From Candidatus Latescibacterota bacterium (GTDB lineage: Bacteria > Latescibacterota > UBA2968 > UBA8231): 64,000 nucleotides of DNA. The notes under the pieces are model-generated. The model made no database searches and was not told the DNA's origin. It was given only the letters and a program-made list of their open reading frames with translations. Location: positions 5,504,001 through 5,568,000 of the forward strand of contig OZ241867.1 in NCBI GenBank assembly GCA_965203175.1. The letters are read 5' to 3'. Below are positions 1 through 10,403 of the stretch, piece by piece (position 1 is the first letter of the stretch; each line of letters begins with the position of its first letter). A program made the translations under genes and the position numbers.

Positions 1-2
1 AC

Positions 3-221
3 AAAGGCGAGCGCGCCGGCGTCCGCGAGACGCGCAAGCACCTCGCGCTCTACTTCAAAAGCCTACCCCGCGCCTCCGAGTTGCGCCGCCGCCTGCTGAC
101 AACCGCTTCTCTCGCCGAGTTAGCCGATCTGCTAGCCGAGTGGAAAGAACCAGCCGCCGAAGAAGCCGATCTTACCCTGTCAGCAGCCGAAGCCGAAGCC
201 CTCGCTTGGGGAGGTAATTGA
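3..221 (+). CDS. dusB: 3' end of tRNA-dihydrouridine synthase (Dus family), partial
   Basis: Frame from nt 3 reads KGERAGVRETRKHLALYFKSLPRASELRRRL..., resembling the DusB C-terminal RKH..WY.K motif. Stop TGA at 219-221. Confidence 0.6.
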   Translation, partial: KGERAGVRETRKHLALYFKSLPRASELRRRLLTTASLAELADLLAEWKEPAAEEADLTLSAAEAEALAWGGN

Positions 222-229
222 TAACAGCA

Positions 230-1450
230 ATGAAAATCAAATCCATCGACCTAGTCCGCATCCAGCGCCCCGACGGCCCTTCGCTCCGCGCCCGTTCTCA
301 AGCCGGCTCGACGCTTTCCGCCTCGACGGCCCCTGCCCAGCAGAGCCAATCCCGCCGCAAGGCCTGGCCCACCGAAATTGAAGTAGCCAACCCAATGTCG
401 CGCTTTCCGCGCTTCAAGCCCCGTCGCCAACTCTACGCCGCCCAGCAATGGCCCGGCTTCGCAGTCAAAGTCACGGCTGAAGACGGCACTTGGGGCTTGG
501 GCACGGCGGCGGGTCGCCCAACTGCCGCTGTAATAGAAGACGCTTTCGCCCATATCCTCGTAGGCGAAGACTGCTTAGCCATCGACAAGCTGTGGGATAT
601 GATGTTCCGCGTCTCCAAATCCTTCGGCACCGTCGGCATTGCCACCGTTGCCATCAGCGCCGTGGACTTAGCGCTGTGGGATCTGGCTGGCAAGCTGCAA
701 CAAAAGCCCGTGTACCAGCTCATCGGCGGCCCAGCCCGCGAGCGCATTTTCACCTATGCCACCGGCGACGACGTCGATTGGTATCGCGAATTGGGCTTCC
801 GCGCCTTCAAACTGCCCTGCCAATACGGCCCCGCCGACGGCCTGTGGGGTCTAGACCAAAACGAGCGGCGAGTTGCCGAAGTCCGCGAGTTGATCGGCGA
901 CGATTGCGAGCTCATGCTCGACTGCTACATGGCCTTTGACGTCGAATACAGCGTCCGCCTAGCCGAGCGCCTCAGACCCTACAAGTTGCGCTGGCTGGAG
1001 GAGTGCCTGATCCCCGAAGACGTCAAAAGTCACATCAAACTCAAAGAGTGCCTGCCCTGGCAAACGCTGGCCAGCGGCGAGCACTTCTACACCCACTATC
1101 CCTACCAGCAAATGATCGAGCACCGCGCCCTCGACGTGCTGCAACCCGATATCCACTGGGTCGGCGGGCTAACCGCCTGTATCAAGATCTGTCACATGGC
1201 CGAGGCCGCTGGTCTTGAAGTCTGCCTCCACGGCGGCGGGCGTGACCCCTATGGCCAGCACTTGACTTGGGCAATGCCCAACACGCCCTGGGGCGAATAC
1301 TACATCGGCTCAGATCCGGGAATCCCACTGGAGGAAGTAGCCGAGCCGGGGGCGCTGGTGCCCAAAGACAGCTATCTGGAATTTGTGCCGCGCGGACCGG
1401 GTTTCGACTTGGGGATCGAGGAGGATTGGTTGGTGCCATTCGAGGCCTAG
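230..1450 (+). CDS. Enolase-superfamily (mandelate racemase subgroup) acid-sugar dehydratase, L-rhamnonate dehydratase-like
   Basis: Motifs AISAVDLALWDL, LMLDCYM, WLEE, SGEH and LQPD. ATG at 230 is taken as the start. Confidence 0.8.
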   Translation: MKIKSIDLVRIQRPDGPSLRARSQAGSTLSASTAPAQQSQSRRKAWPTEIEVANPMSRFPRFKPRRQLYAAQQWPGFAVKVTAEDGTWGLGTAAGRPTAAVIEDAFAHILVGEDCLAIDKLWDMMFRVSKSFGTVGIATVAISAVDLALWDLAGKLQQKPVYQLIGGPARERIFTYATGDDVDWYRELGFRAFKLPCQYGPADGLWGLDQNERRVAEVRELIGDDCELMLDCYMAFDVEYSVRLAERLRPYKLRWLEECLIPEDVKSHIKLKECLPWQTLASGEHFYTHYPYQQMIEHRALDVLQPDIHWVGGLTACIKICHMAEAAGLEVCLHGGGRDPYGQHLTWAMPNTPWGEYYIGSDPGIPLEEVAEPGALVPKDSYLEFVPRGPGFDLGIEEDWLVPFEA

Positions 1451-1518
1451 GCCACTTGTCCAGACGACCGATTTTGTGTATCTAACTGTAGGTACCCGTC
1501 TCCCAATGAGTCCTGCCC

Positions 1519-3531
1519 ATGCGTTTCATCTTTGCCATCCCCTTTTCGTTTCTTCTGCCCAGTGCTCTGTCGGCGCAAATAAGCACTTGGCAGCTCGGCG
1601 GCAGCGACGGCCTTGCATGGTCGGCAAGCGATTCAGTGCACATCTTCATCGACTTCGATTCCATCCCCGGGGCCATCCAGCCCATCTACCTGACTTCTGC
1701 CCAAACTGTCTTTTCTCACCTCGACAACTGGTCTCCGTGGAAATTCCCCCGCGAGATGGGCTATGTCGATGGCCAGCGGCCCCGCGCTTGGAAGCACGGC
1801 TTAGGAGACTCGCGAACCGTACACAATGCCACGTACCTAGTCGATGGCGACAGCACCACCTACAACCCTCCGTCCTCAGACCTGCGGAACTTCGACTGGT
1901 TTACCTTTGACGTGGCAGTGCCCGTCCCGGCCACCCGCTTCGGCTTTTTCACGCCACCGCGTGGTTTCCGCTCGGATGGTACTCCACTAGCCGACGATGC
2001 TGTCCCTGCCTTTGAAGTGAGCGTTGCCACCGAAGCCGATCCCGCATGGCATGGGCACAATTCCTACGCGCGCATCGGGCCGCTTATCGCCGACGTCGCC
2101 GAAAACCTGTCTCCCACCGTGCGAATCGACCTGCCCCGCCAATATGTCCGCTTCATCCGCTGGCGGCGCAACGAGTCCGTACTCGATCCGACCTTGGTCG
2201 TCCAAGAGAACTCGCTGTCGGGTCAAGCGCGGCCAGGCACCATCGGCGACTTTGAACTCTACGCCCACGGGGTCCCGCAGCGCGTGCTGTATCTATCCAA
2301 CATCATCGATCTCGGCGCGGAAGTGAACTTTGGCCGATTGTTCTGGTCGGCGACTTCCATGCGGATGGCAGACGGCACCTTGGTCCCGGCACCTGAAGCG
2401 GCTGTCGGGTTGCGCGTCGAGGTGCGCACCGGTAGGGATCAAGACCCCAATATCTACCGCGAATTCGACGACAAGGGCCGCGAGGTTGAAGTCTCGCGCC
2501 AGCGTTACGAGTTTGAACTCAAGGAGGCGCAAGGCTACGGCTACGTCGCCGGCGAGCGGCCTGGGGTCCGCGCGTCAATAGCCTATGACGAGGACAACTG
2601 GACCTTCTGGTCGCCCGCCTTCTCCGCGCCTGGCCAGCCGCTCAACCTGCACAATGGCTCCCATATCCAAGTCAAAATCACCCTCGATAGCGCGGATTTC
2701 GACGCCTTTACGCGCCTAGATTCACTGTGGATCGAGCAGGCACCCCTCCTAGCGCGCCAGATCGTCGGCGAAGTAGCCCGCCTCGACGACCCGCAACCGA
2801 GCGGTTTCACCGAAGTGGCCCTAGGGCAGGCGACGAGTTTCAGCTACGATATTCGCGCCGACTTTGCAGCCTCCGAGTCGGGCTTCGACGCGCTGCGCAT
2901 TCGCACCGGCAGCCGAGTCCACCTTCAGACGCTGGCAATGGGCGACCCATTGGTGTCCGTCGAGCCCCTCCGGGTCGAGATCAACGACGACGAATTCCGC
3001 ATCGAGTTGCCCGAGCGGGTCCACGCTGCCAACAACGTGCCCATCCGCATCGAGTTCACAACCGATGTCTTCGTCTTCGCCACGACCTTCGAAGGAGAAG
3101 CTATCGACACGACGACCGAACGCCTGCCCCAACCTATTCGGGGCGGCGATGCCACAGCCGCCGTATCGACCAACAGCCTGCGCGTGCTGAGTGCGAAGAC
3201 CGGCCCCATCAATGCAATCCAGAACCTGCGCTTTTCAACACCGGTTTTGACCCCCAACGGCGACCATGTAAACGACCTAGTGCAGGTCTCTTATTCCCTC
3301 TTCCGCCTACCTGCTAGCGTACCCGTCGAACTGCGGGCCTATTCTCTGGATGGCCGGCAAGTCGCACGCCTATCGTTTGCGCCGCAGGCTGCTGGACCGC
3401 AGCACCTTCGCTGGGACGGACGAGACGAGTTGGGACAACTCCTGCCACCCGGCCTCTACCTGCTTGAAGTAGGGCTGCAATCCGACGAGATCAGTGATCA
3501 CCTACTGCGTCCGCTGGGCATCGCCTACTGA
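1519..3531 (+). CDS. Array family A protein A1: secreted, discoidin-like domain plus FlgD-Ig/CTD-like C-terminus
   Basis: Signal peptide ending SA-Q, then WQLGG..G.AW, DLG..VNFGRL.W, TPNGDHVND, WDGRDE.G..LPPGLY. Ends GIAY. Confidence 0.8.
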   Translation: MRFIFAIPFSFLLPSALSAQISTWQLGGSDGLAWSASDSVHIFIDFDSIPGAIQPIYLTSAQTVFSHLDNWSPWKFPREMGYVDGQRPRAWKHGLGDSRTVHNATYLVDGDSTTYNPPSSDLRNFDWFTFDVAVPVPATRFGFFTPPRGFRSDGTPLADDAVPAFEVSVATEADPAWHGHNSYARIGPLIADVAENLSPTVRIDLPRQYVRFIRWRRNESVLDPTLVVQENSLSGQARPGTIGDFELYAHGVPQRVLYLSNIIDLGAEVNFGRLFWSATSMRMADGTLVPAPEAAVGLRVEVRTGRDQDPNIYREFDDKGREVEVSRQRYEFELKEAQGYGYVAGERPGVRASIAYDEDNWTFWSPAFSAPGQPLNLHNGSHIQVKITLDSADFDAFTRLDSLWIEQAPLLARQIVGEVARLDDPQPSGFTEVALGQATSFSYDIRADFAASESGFDALRIRTGSRVHLQTLAMGDPLVSVEPLRVEINDDEFRIELPERVHAANNVPIRIEFTTDVFVFATTFEGEAIDTTTERLPQPIRGGDATAAVSTNSLRVLSAKTGPINAIQNLRFSTPVLTPNGDHVNDLVQVSYSLFRLPASVPVELRAYSLDGRQVARLSFAPQAAGPQHLRWDGRDELGQLLPPGLYLLEVGLQSDEISDHLLRPLGIAY

Positions 3532-3541
3532 AGGTGGAGCT

Positions 3542-5887
3542 ATGCGCTTCCTCGTTGCCTTTGCAGCTTGGCTCGCTTTGCCGACCGTTTCCGGCTGGAC
3601 CGAAATGCTGAGTTTCGACAGCGCAGAAAAATGGCAAAGCTGGACCATGCCTGCCGGGCTAGTACAGGTGGATGCAGAGGGCATGCTGCGTCTGACCAAA
3701 TACCGCAAGGAAGTGGACGCCATCCGCGATGCCCATCTCTTCACCCATTCCACCCAAAAACGCGGCGAAGTGGCAGGCGGAATCTGGCAGGTCGGCAGCG
3801 GAAGCGCGACTGCCGCAAACGCCATCGACGGCGATCCTGCGACCTTCTGGCAGCCCAATCCAGCCGACAAGCTCAAAGATTGGTTCCTCGATATCGACTT
3901 GGGCCGCGCCGTACTCGCCCGCCACATTCGTCTGACCTTTCCCGATCAAGAGGGTGCCCGCCCGCTGCGGCAGTTTACCGTCTATGGCACCACCGGCGCG
4001 CGCATCCAAGCCACGGCCGATGTCTTCAAATACGAGCCAGTCTATCGCACCACCCTGCCCAACCGCGCCACTTCCCTGACCATTCCCCTCGAGTACCCGG
4101 CCGCCGACACCGTCCTGACGGTTGATCCAGACATGGCCATTGATCGAACCTTTGAAAACCGCTACCAAGTGATTCAGTACATTAGTATCGTCGTCGAAGC
4201 CCAGAGCCCAGATGCGGCACTCGCCGAAGTCGAAATACTCACTGTGGGCGACAATATCAGCATCGGCACCGCCGAGCGCGGCACCTTCCTCAACGGCACG
4301 GTAGCCGCGGCCCCCAATAACCTCTTTGACGCCGATATCAACACCACCAACCTCATCACCTCTGGGCGCGGCGACCAAGGTTGGGAGAAGGCCGGGACCT
4401 GGTTCTACGTCGATCTAGGGGCCGTGTTCTTCGTCGATGAACTCTTCCTCTACGTACTCCAACCTTTTGAGGGCACTGCGGGCCATCACCGCGGCTCGGC
4501 CGGCCCAGGTCACAACATCCTAGTTTCGGACGGCTCGCTGAGCGTGGGCACTTCCCTACCCGTACCTGCGCCGCTCGACTACAGCGATCTGCTCACGCAC
4601 GTCAATCCCAAGGCGGATGGCCTCTATCGCATACGCTATAAATTTAGGCCGCGCAGGATGCGCTATATGTTCTGGCACGGCCTGACCGACCGCGATTGGC
4701 AGGAATCCAAATGGGGCGAGTTCATGCTGTTCTCGCCGGGCTATCCCGCTCAAGTCTCACTGCGCTCCGACTTTATCGACCTCGGCCAGATCACCGGCGA
4801 CGAGCGGCCTAAAGTCATCAAGGGCCTGCACTGGGACTCCGACCTGCCTCCTGAAACTAGAATGCAACTGCGCTCGCGTTCGGGCAACGCGCTGGCACCG
4901 ATCTATACCTTCCACAACAAGATCGGCGAAGAGATCACCGAAGAAAAATGGAACAGCTCGCCCAAAGTGCTGCGCGGCCCCATCGACACCACGCTAGTCG
5001 TCGGCGAGGACTGGGACGCTTGGAGCAATGTGTACCAGTTTTCCGGCGAAACCTTTAAATCGCAAAGCCCGCGTCGCTTCGTGCAACTGGAGCTGATTCT
5101 CGCCACCGACCACCCCGAGGTCGCGCCCACAGTCAACGCGCTGTCGATTGAATTCGACGCGGCACTGCTCCAGAGTGCCCGCGGGCGCGTCGAGCCGCGC
5201 AGTGCCTCACCCAACGAGGAGACGGCCTTCACTTATACCCTGTTGCCCAGCGCCAGCCCCGCTGACGTCGGCTTCGACCTAATGCGCTTTGACCTGCCGG
5301 GTCCGATCAATCTGCACAGCGTGAGCGTGGAAAAGGGTGCCGAAACCACCTCGGCGTCGGCCTCCCTGCGCGGAGACTCCCTACTCATCGCTTTACCCGA
5401 ACCAGTCAGAGACGATTCGCTCCACGTCAACTTTACCACCCGCTTAGTGCGCAATGCCACGCTTTTTGCGTTGGACTTAGGCTCCAGCGCGCATCCAGGA
5501 CTGTGGCAGTCGGTCGAACCGGCAGCGCGCCGTGCCAATATCGTCATGCTGCCCGAACTGACCAGCAGCAGCCAGCTCATCGACGACTTTTTCATCTCCT
5601 CGCCGACACTCACGCCCAACGGCGATGGTATCAACGATCAGCTAGAGGTCCGATTCATCGTCCTCAAAGTCGAAGGCCGCGAGCCGCGCGTGAATGTCTT
5701 CGACCTCGCCGGGCGCAAAGTAGCCGTTCTCACGCCAGTCGCCGAGGGATTGCACCGCCTCTTCACATGGGACGGCACCCAAGCCACAGGCGCAGTCGTA
5801 GAGTCTGGCATCTACGTCCTGCGCGTCGATCTGGGTGCCGACTCCGGTGACGATACGGTCCTGCACACCATCTCCGTCGCCTATTAG
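3542..5887 (+). CDS. Array family B protein B1: secreted, two discoidin-like domains plus FlgD-Ig/CTD-like C-terminus
   Basis: ATG 10 nt after the A1 stop, with GGAG upstream. Motifs FDSA..W, AIDGD..T.WQ...W..IDLG, RSRSGN, SPRRFVQLELIL, TPNGDGIND. Ends SVAY. Confidence 0.8.
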   Translation: MRFLVAFAAWLALPTVSGWTEMLSFDSAEKWQSWTMPAGLVQVDAEGMLRLTKYRKEVDAIRDAHLFTHSTQKRGEVAGGIWQVGSGSATAANAIDGDPATFWQPNPADKLKDWFLDIDLGRAVLARHIRLTFPDQEGARPLRQFTVYGTTGARIQATADVFKYEPVYRTTLPNRATSLTIPLEYPAADTVLTVDPDMAIDRTFENRYQVIQYISIVVEAQSPDAALAEVEILTVGDNISIGTAERGTFLNGTVAAAPNNLFDADINTTNLITSGRGDQGWEKAGTWFYVDLGAVFFVDELFLYVLQPFEGTAGHHRGSAGPGHNILVSDGSLSVGTSLPVPAPLDYSDLLTHVNPKADGLYRIRYKFRPRRMRYMFWHGLTDRDWQESKWGEFMLFSPGYPAQVSLRSDFIDLGQITGDERPKVIKGLHWDSDLPPETRMQLRSRSGNALAPIYTFHNKIGEEITEEKWNSSPKVLRGPIDTTLVVGEDWDAWSNVYQFSGETFKSQSPRRFVQLELILATDHPEVAPTVNALSIEFDAALLQSARGRVEPRSASPNEETAFTYTLLPSASPADVGFDLMRFDLPGPINLHSVSVEKGAETTSASASLRGDSLLIALPEPVRDDSLHVNFTTRLVRNATLFALDLGSSAHPGLWQSVEPAARRANIVMLPELTSSSQLIDDFFISSPTLTPNGDGINDQLEVRFIVLKVEGREPRVNVFDLAGRKVAVLTPVAEGLHRLFTWDGTQATGAVVESGIYVLRVDLGADSGDDTVLHTISVAY

Positions 5888-5983
5888 AACCTCTATCTCA
5901 GCGGTAATTATTTAATTCGGCGCATGGCTCTTTTTGCGTTATCTTCCCGCTAGCATTTCACCTCGACGGAGGTACAGTGTCCG

Positions 5984-7993
5984 ATGCGCAGTGCTTGGCC
6001 TTTGATCCTAGTCCTCGCCGTTGCGCCCAGCCATGCTCAAGTAGAAAAGTGGCAACTGGGCGGTAGTGGGGAGGCGTGGGACCAGCGCGACTCTCTCCAA
6101 GTCCTCGTCGATTTTGCCGACGGTGCAATCCAGCCGCTCTATTTGCAGCCGCACCAAAACGTCATTCACCTGCTGGAAAACTGGGAATTCTGGCGCGAAC
6201 CCTTCTTACACAACCTCGGCTACGTCGATGGCCAGAAGCCGCGCTTTTGGAACCGCTGGGGCGGTGCCGGCGGCGATCCGACCCAGAGCGGCGTATTCTT
6301 AGTCGATCGCGATTCCACAACCTACAACGCCCCTAAGAGCCAATCGATAACCAGTACCTTCTTTTCGATTGACACCGCCGTGCCAATCCCCGGTGTCGGC
6401 TTCGGCTTCTTCACGCCCTCGCAGGGTTTTCGCTCCGACGGCACGCCGCTGCCTTTCGACACCACGCCGGCCTTCGACGTCTCCATCGGTTCAGACTTAG
6501 AACCCGCGGTCAACTGGGGCGGCAGAGACCTGTTCGAACAGGTCATCGCCAACGTGGGTGCCAACTTCGACCCCGTCGTCCGCATCGACTTCCCGCGCCA
6601 ATACGTGCGCTTCTTTCGCTGGCGCCGACAGACCTCGCTGGCCGACGAGGAAGCCCTCAACATCTGCCGCGACTGCGGCGGCCAAGGCAACCAAGCCATC
6701 GCGCTCAAAGGCTCAATCGGGGGATTTGAGGTCTTCGGCCAAGGCATACCCCAGCGCGTCGTGTACCTCAGCCAAGTTGTCGATCTGGGCCAAGTCGTGA
6801 ATTTCGGTCGCCTGCACTGGGCGGGCACGCCGCTGCGCCTGGTCGATGGCGAGATCGTCGAAGATGCCAACGCCCCCGTCTGGCTCAAGGCCAAGGTCCG
6901 CGTCGGTCGCGACGACAGCCCGGCGACCTACCACGAATACACCAACATCGGCCGCGAGAAGGAGGTCTCGCGCGAGCACTACGAGTCGCTCACCGCCCAA
7001 CTCAACCGCGATCCACGGCCCGGGATTCGCGCCTCCATCGGCTACGATTCCGCCAACTGGTCCTTCTGGTCGGTGCCTTTTACCGAATCGGGCCAACTCA
7101 TCCGGCTCAGAAGCGGATCGCATCTACAGGTGGACCTTTCTCTGGAAAGCCGCGACTTCGACGCTTGGATGCGGATTGACTCGCTGTGGATTGAGACCGC
7201 GCCCCTATTGGCCGCCGAGGTTTTCGCCGAAGTGGCTCGGCGCGACGACCCGCAGCCCAAGCGCGGTTTTACTGAAGTGGCCTTGGGCCAAGAGACCGAA
7301 TTCGTCTATCAGGTGCGAGCCGAATTCGACGACGCCAGCACGCCTGGCTTCGACGCGCTCAGGATCCACACCGGCAGCCGCACCGCCTTTCGCCGCCTCG
7401 AAATGGGCACCCCGCTCGCTCCCGTCGATCCAGTCGCAGTAGCGGAAGACGACGGGTTGGTGATCCAATTGCCCCAGCGCGTCACTAGCACCGACAACGC
7501 GCCGGTCCGCGTGACCTTCGCCACCGCAGTTTTTGAATTCGCCTCCACCTTTACCGGCGAGATATTTGCCGCCGACAGCGAATCACTCCCCCAGCCGATT
7601 CTCGCCGGCGACGCCGACGAAGCAGTCTCCACCAATAGCCTACGGGTGCTGGGCGCGAACGACGAAACACCTGATTTCATCCAATCGCTCGCTTTGTCCA
7701 CCCCGGTGCTGACCCCCAATGGCGACGGCGTCCACGACCAACTCCAGATGCGTTATTCGCTCTTCCGCCTCCCCGGTGCAGTACCCGTAGCACTGGAAGT
7801 GTACGCCTTGGACGGCCGTCGCATCGCCCGCCTCGACAAGGGCCTGCAAGACTCGGGCGCGCAGGCGATCACGTGGGACGGCCGCGACGAGACCGGCCAA
7901 CTCCTCCCGCCGGGCCTCTACTTGCTCTCCATCGCGCTGCAAACCCAGTTCGTCCAGGCCAAACAACTATTGGCCGTGGGCATTGCCTATTAG
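5984..7993 (+). CDS. Array family A protein A2
   Basis: Same motif order as A1 (SHA-Q, WQLGG, GFRSDGTPL, VNFGRL, TPNGDGVHD). Ends GIAY. Confidence 0.8.
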   Translation: MRSAWPLILVLAVAPSHAQVEKWQLGGSGEAWDQRDSLQVLVDFADGAIQPLYLQPHQNVIHLLENWEFWREPFLHNLGYVDGQKPRFWNRWGGAGGDPTQSGVFLVDRDSTTYNAPKSQSITSTFFSIDTAVPIPGVGFGFFTPSQGFRSDGTPLPFDTTPAFDVSIGSDLEPAVNWGGRDLFEQVIANVGANFDPVVRIDFPRQYVRFFRWRRQTSLADEEALNICRDCGGQGNQAIALKGSIGGFEVFGQGIPQRVVYLSQVVDLGQVVNFGRLHWAGTPLRLVDGEIVEDANAPVWLKAKVRVGRDDSPATYHEYTNIGREKEVSREHYESLTAQLNRDPRPGIRASIGYDSANWSFWSVPFTESGQLIRLRSGSHLQVDLSLESRDFDAWMRIDSLWIETAPLLAAEVFAEVARRDDPQPKRGFTEVALGQETEFVYQVRAEFDDASTPGFDALRIHTGSRTAFRRLEMGTPLAPVDPVAVAEDDGLVIQLPQRVTSTDNAPVRVTFATAVFEFASTFTGEIFAADSESLPQPILAGDADEAVSTNSLRVLGANDETPDFIQSLALSTPVLTPNGDGVHDQLQMRYSLFRLPGAVPVALEVYALDGRRIARLDKGLQDSGAQAITWDGRDETGQLLPPGLYLLSIALQTQFVQAKQLLAVGIAY

Positions 7994-7999
7994 CGGCCA

Positions 8000-10336
8000 A
8001 TGCGTGCTTTGTTGCTCTCGGTTCTTTGTTCGGCGACAGTGCTCGCCGCCGCGGAATTCCGCTTCGACAGCGCTGCTAGCTGGTCAACCTGGAAGATGCC
8101 CCATGGCTTGATCGAATTTGACGACCGCGGCCAGTTGCGACTGATCAAATTCCGCAAGGATATCAACGCCATCGCCAACGCGACCGAATTCACTCATCTC
8201 ACTCGCTCGCGCGGTGCCAACGTGCCGGGCGGGATCTGGGAAGCCGGCAGCAACCCGGCCGCAGCCGGGCGGATCATTGACGGCGACCGCAAGACCTTCT
8301 GGCAGGCCTCTGCCGACGACGACTTAGGCGATTGGTTCGTGCAGATTGACCTCGGCCGCACCGTGCTAGCCAACGAGATCCGCCTGCACTTCCCCGACCA
8401 AGCAGGGGCACGCCCCTTCCGCCAGTTCACCGTTTTCACCGCCACGGGCATTACTTCCGACGCCCTCGACGATCTTTTTATTTTTCGCCCGGTCTATCTC
8501 ACGACTCAACCCAACCGGGATACCACCATCTCGATTCCCCTCGCCTTCGACCTCCAAGACAGCGCCCAGGTCCTCGACCCCAATCGAGACGTCGATCTGG
8601 AAAAATTCAACCAATATCGCCTCATCCAGTACATCAACTTTACCGTTGAAGACTTCGATCCCGAAGGTGCCCTAGCCGAGGTCGAAGTCTTCGCCGTTGG
8701 CGACAACGTCAGCTTGGGCAACGACCAGCGCGGCGGCATCATCGACGGGCTTACCGCCCGCTCCACCGAGAATATTCTCGACGGCGACATGAACACCGCC
8801 AGTTCCATCCTGCCCGTGGGCTTTGAGGGCCGCGTCCGCACTTGGGAGGATCAGGGCACTTGGTTTTTCATCGACCTAGGAGCCGTATTCTGGATCGACG
8901 AGCTTTTCCTCTACGCGCTCAGGCCGCGCGAGGGCACGGTCGGGAGCGTGGCCAGCCCGCCGCGAGGCTTTACCTTCCTCCACTCAGACGGCACCCGCGT
9001 CATCAGCTCCCAACTTCCCATCCCCGAATCCTTCGACTTCGCTACCCTCATCGACCAACCCGACGCCGATCCCATGCGCTATCTGCGCTATCTGTTCCAA
9101 CCGCGCAGAGTCCGCTACCTGTTTTGGCACGCCCACATCCCCCAAGGGTGGGGTTCGCGCTGGACCGAACTGATGCTGTTTTCGCCGGGCCATCCCGCCG
9201 AGGTCGTCATGCGCTCGGACTTTATCGATCTCGGCAAGACTGCTGGCGATGGACGTCCCAAAGTCATCAGCAACCTCTCTTGGGACGCCGACATCCCACC
9301 TAGCACTCGCCTGCTAGTGCGCTCGCGCTCGGGCAATACCCAAGGCGAAGTCTATGCTTTCCACGACAAGATCGGCGAGCCGATCACCGAGGAGAAATGG
9401 CTCAGCCTACCCAAAGTGCTGCGGGGAAGGATCGACACCTCCGTCGTGGTCAGCGAAGACTGGGATGCGTGGAGCGAGGCGTACAACTTTTCCGGCGAGT
9501 CATTCAAGTCGCAAAGCCCGCGCCGCTTCGTACAGTTGGAACTGATCCTGTCAACCGATGATCCACAGGTGGCACCCGCGATTGACGCGCTGTCCCTCGA
9601 GTACGAGGACGCGCTGTTGCAGGGCGCACGCGGCCTGATTGCCCCCAGAGTCGCCCTGCCCAACGAGGACACCCGCTTCACCTATACCCTGTTGTCCGCA
9701 GCCGATGCCGAGGACACGGGTTTCGACATACTGCGCTTTGACCTTCCCGCTAAGGCTGCCGATGTCGAAATTCGCGTGAGCGATGCCCATATCGAGCCAT
9801 CTTCCATAGCCATCCGCGCCGACACCCTCCAGATCGGCCTGCCGCGTGCGATCACCGCCGACTCCGTCCAAGTCAGCTTCACCACCCGCGTAGTACACAA
9901 CGCCACGCTCTTCGGCCTCGACTTGGGTTCGAGCACCCATCCAGATCTGTGGCAATCGGTCGAGCCGCTGATGCGCCGCGCCAATATCGTCATGCTCCCC
10001 ACTCTGACCGGCACCACTCAGCTCATCGACGAACTCTCGATTTCCTCACCGATACTCACCCCCAACGGCGACGGCATCAACGACGCAGTGGTTATCCGCT
10101 TCGTCGCCTTCAAGGTCCAGCAACGCACGCCCCAAGTGCGCATTTTCGATCTCGCCGGACGGCCAGTCACTGAACTGGCGACTCCGGTCATCGACGGCGT
10201 GGCCTACGTTTTCACCTGGAACGGACGCGCTACTCAAGGCAACCTCGTACCGCCCGGCACCTATCTCTGCCGCATCGACCTAGCGGCTGACGCTGGCGAC
10301 GATACAGCGCTGCGCACCATCGCCGTAGCGTACTGA
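8000..10336 (+). CDS. Array family B protein B2
   Basis: Starts 6 nt after the A2 stop and has the same motif order as B1. Ends AVAY. Confidence 0.8.
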   Translation: MRALLLSVLCSATVLAAAEFRFDSAASWSTWKMPHGLIEFDDRGQLRLIKFRKDINAIANATEFTHLTRSRGANVPGGIWEAGSNPAAAGRIIDGDRKTFWQASADDDLGDWFVQIDLGRTVLANEIRLHFPDQAGARPFRQFTVFTATGITSDALDDLFIFRPVYLTTQPNRDTTISIPLAFDLQDSAQVLDPNRDVDLEKFNQYRLIQYINFTVEDFDPEGALAEVEVFAVGDNVSLGNDQRGGIIDGLTARSTENILDGDMNTASSILPVGFEGRVRTWEDQGTWFFIDLGAVFWIDELFLYALRPREGTVGSVASPPRGFTFLHSDGTRVISSQLPIPESFDFATLIDQPDADPMRYLRYLFQPRRVRYLFWHAHIPQGWGSRWTELMLFSPGHPAEVVMRSDFIDLGKTAGDGRPKVISNLSWDADIPPSTRLLVRSRSGNTQGEVYAFHDKIGEPITEEKWLSLPKVLRGRIDTSVVVSEDWDAWSEAYNFSGESFKSQSPRRFVQLELILSTDDPQVAPAIDALSLEYEDALLQGARGLIAPRVALPNEDTRFTYTLLSAADAEDTGFDILRFDLPAKAADVEIRVSDAHIEPSSIAIRADTLQIGLPRAITADSVQVSFTTRVVHNATLFGLDLGSSTHPDLWQSVEPLMRRANIVMLPTLTGTTQLIDELSISSPILTPNGDGINDAVVIRFVAFKVQQRTPQVRIFDLAGRPVTELATPVIDGVAYVFTWNGRATQGNLVPPGTYLCRIDLAADAGDDTALRTIAVAY

Positions 10337-10403
10337 TATTGCTCAAATAGGACAATTACTTACGTCGCATTATATTAATCCTTTCTTCGGAAGGAGAGCC
10401 ATT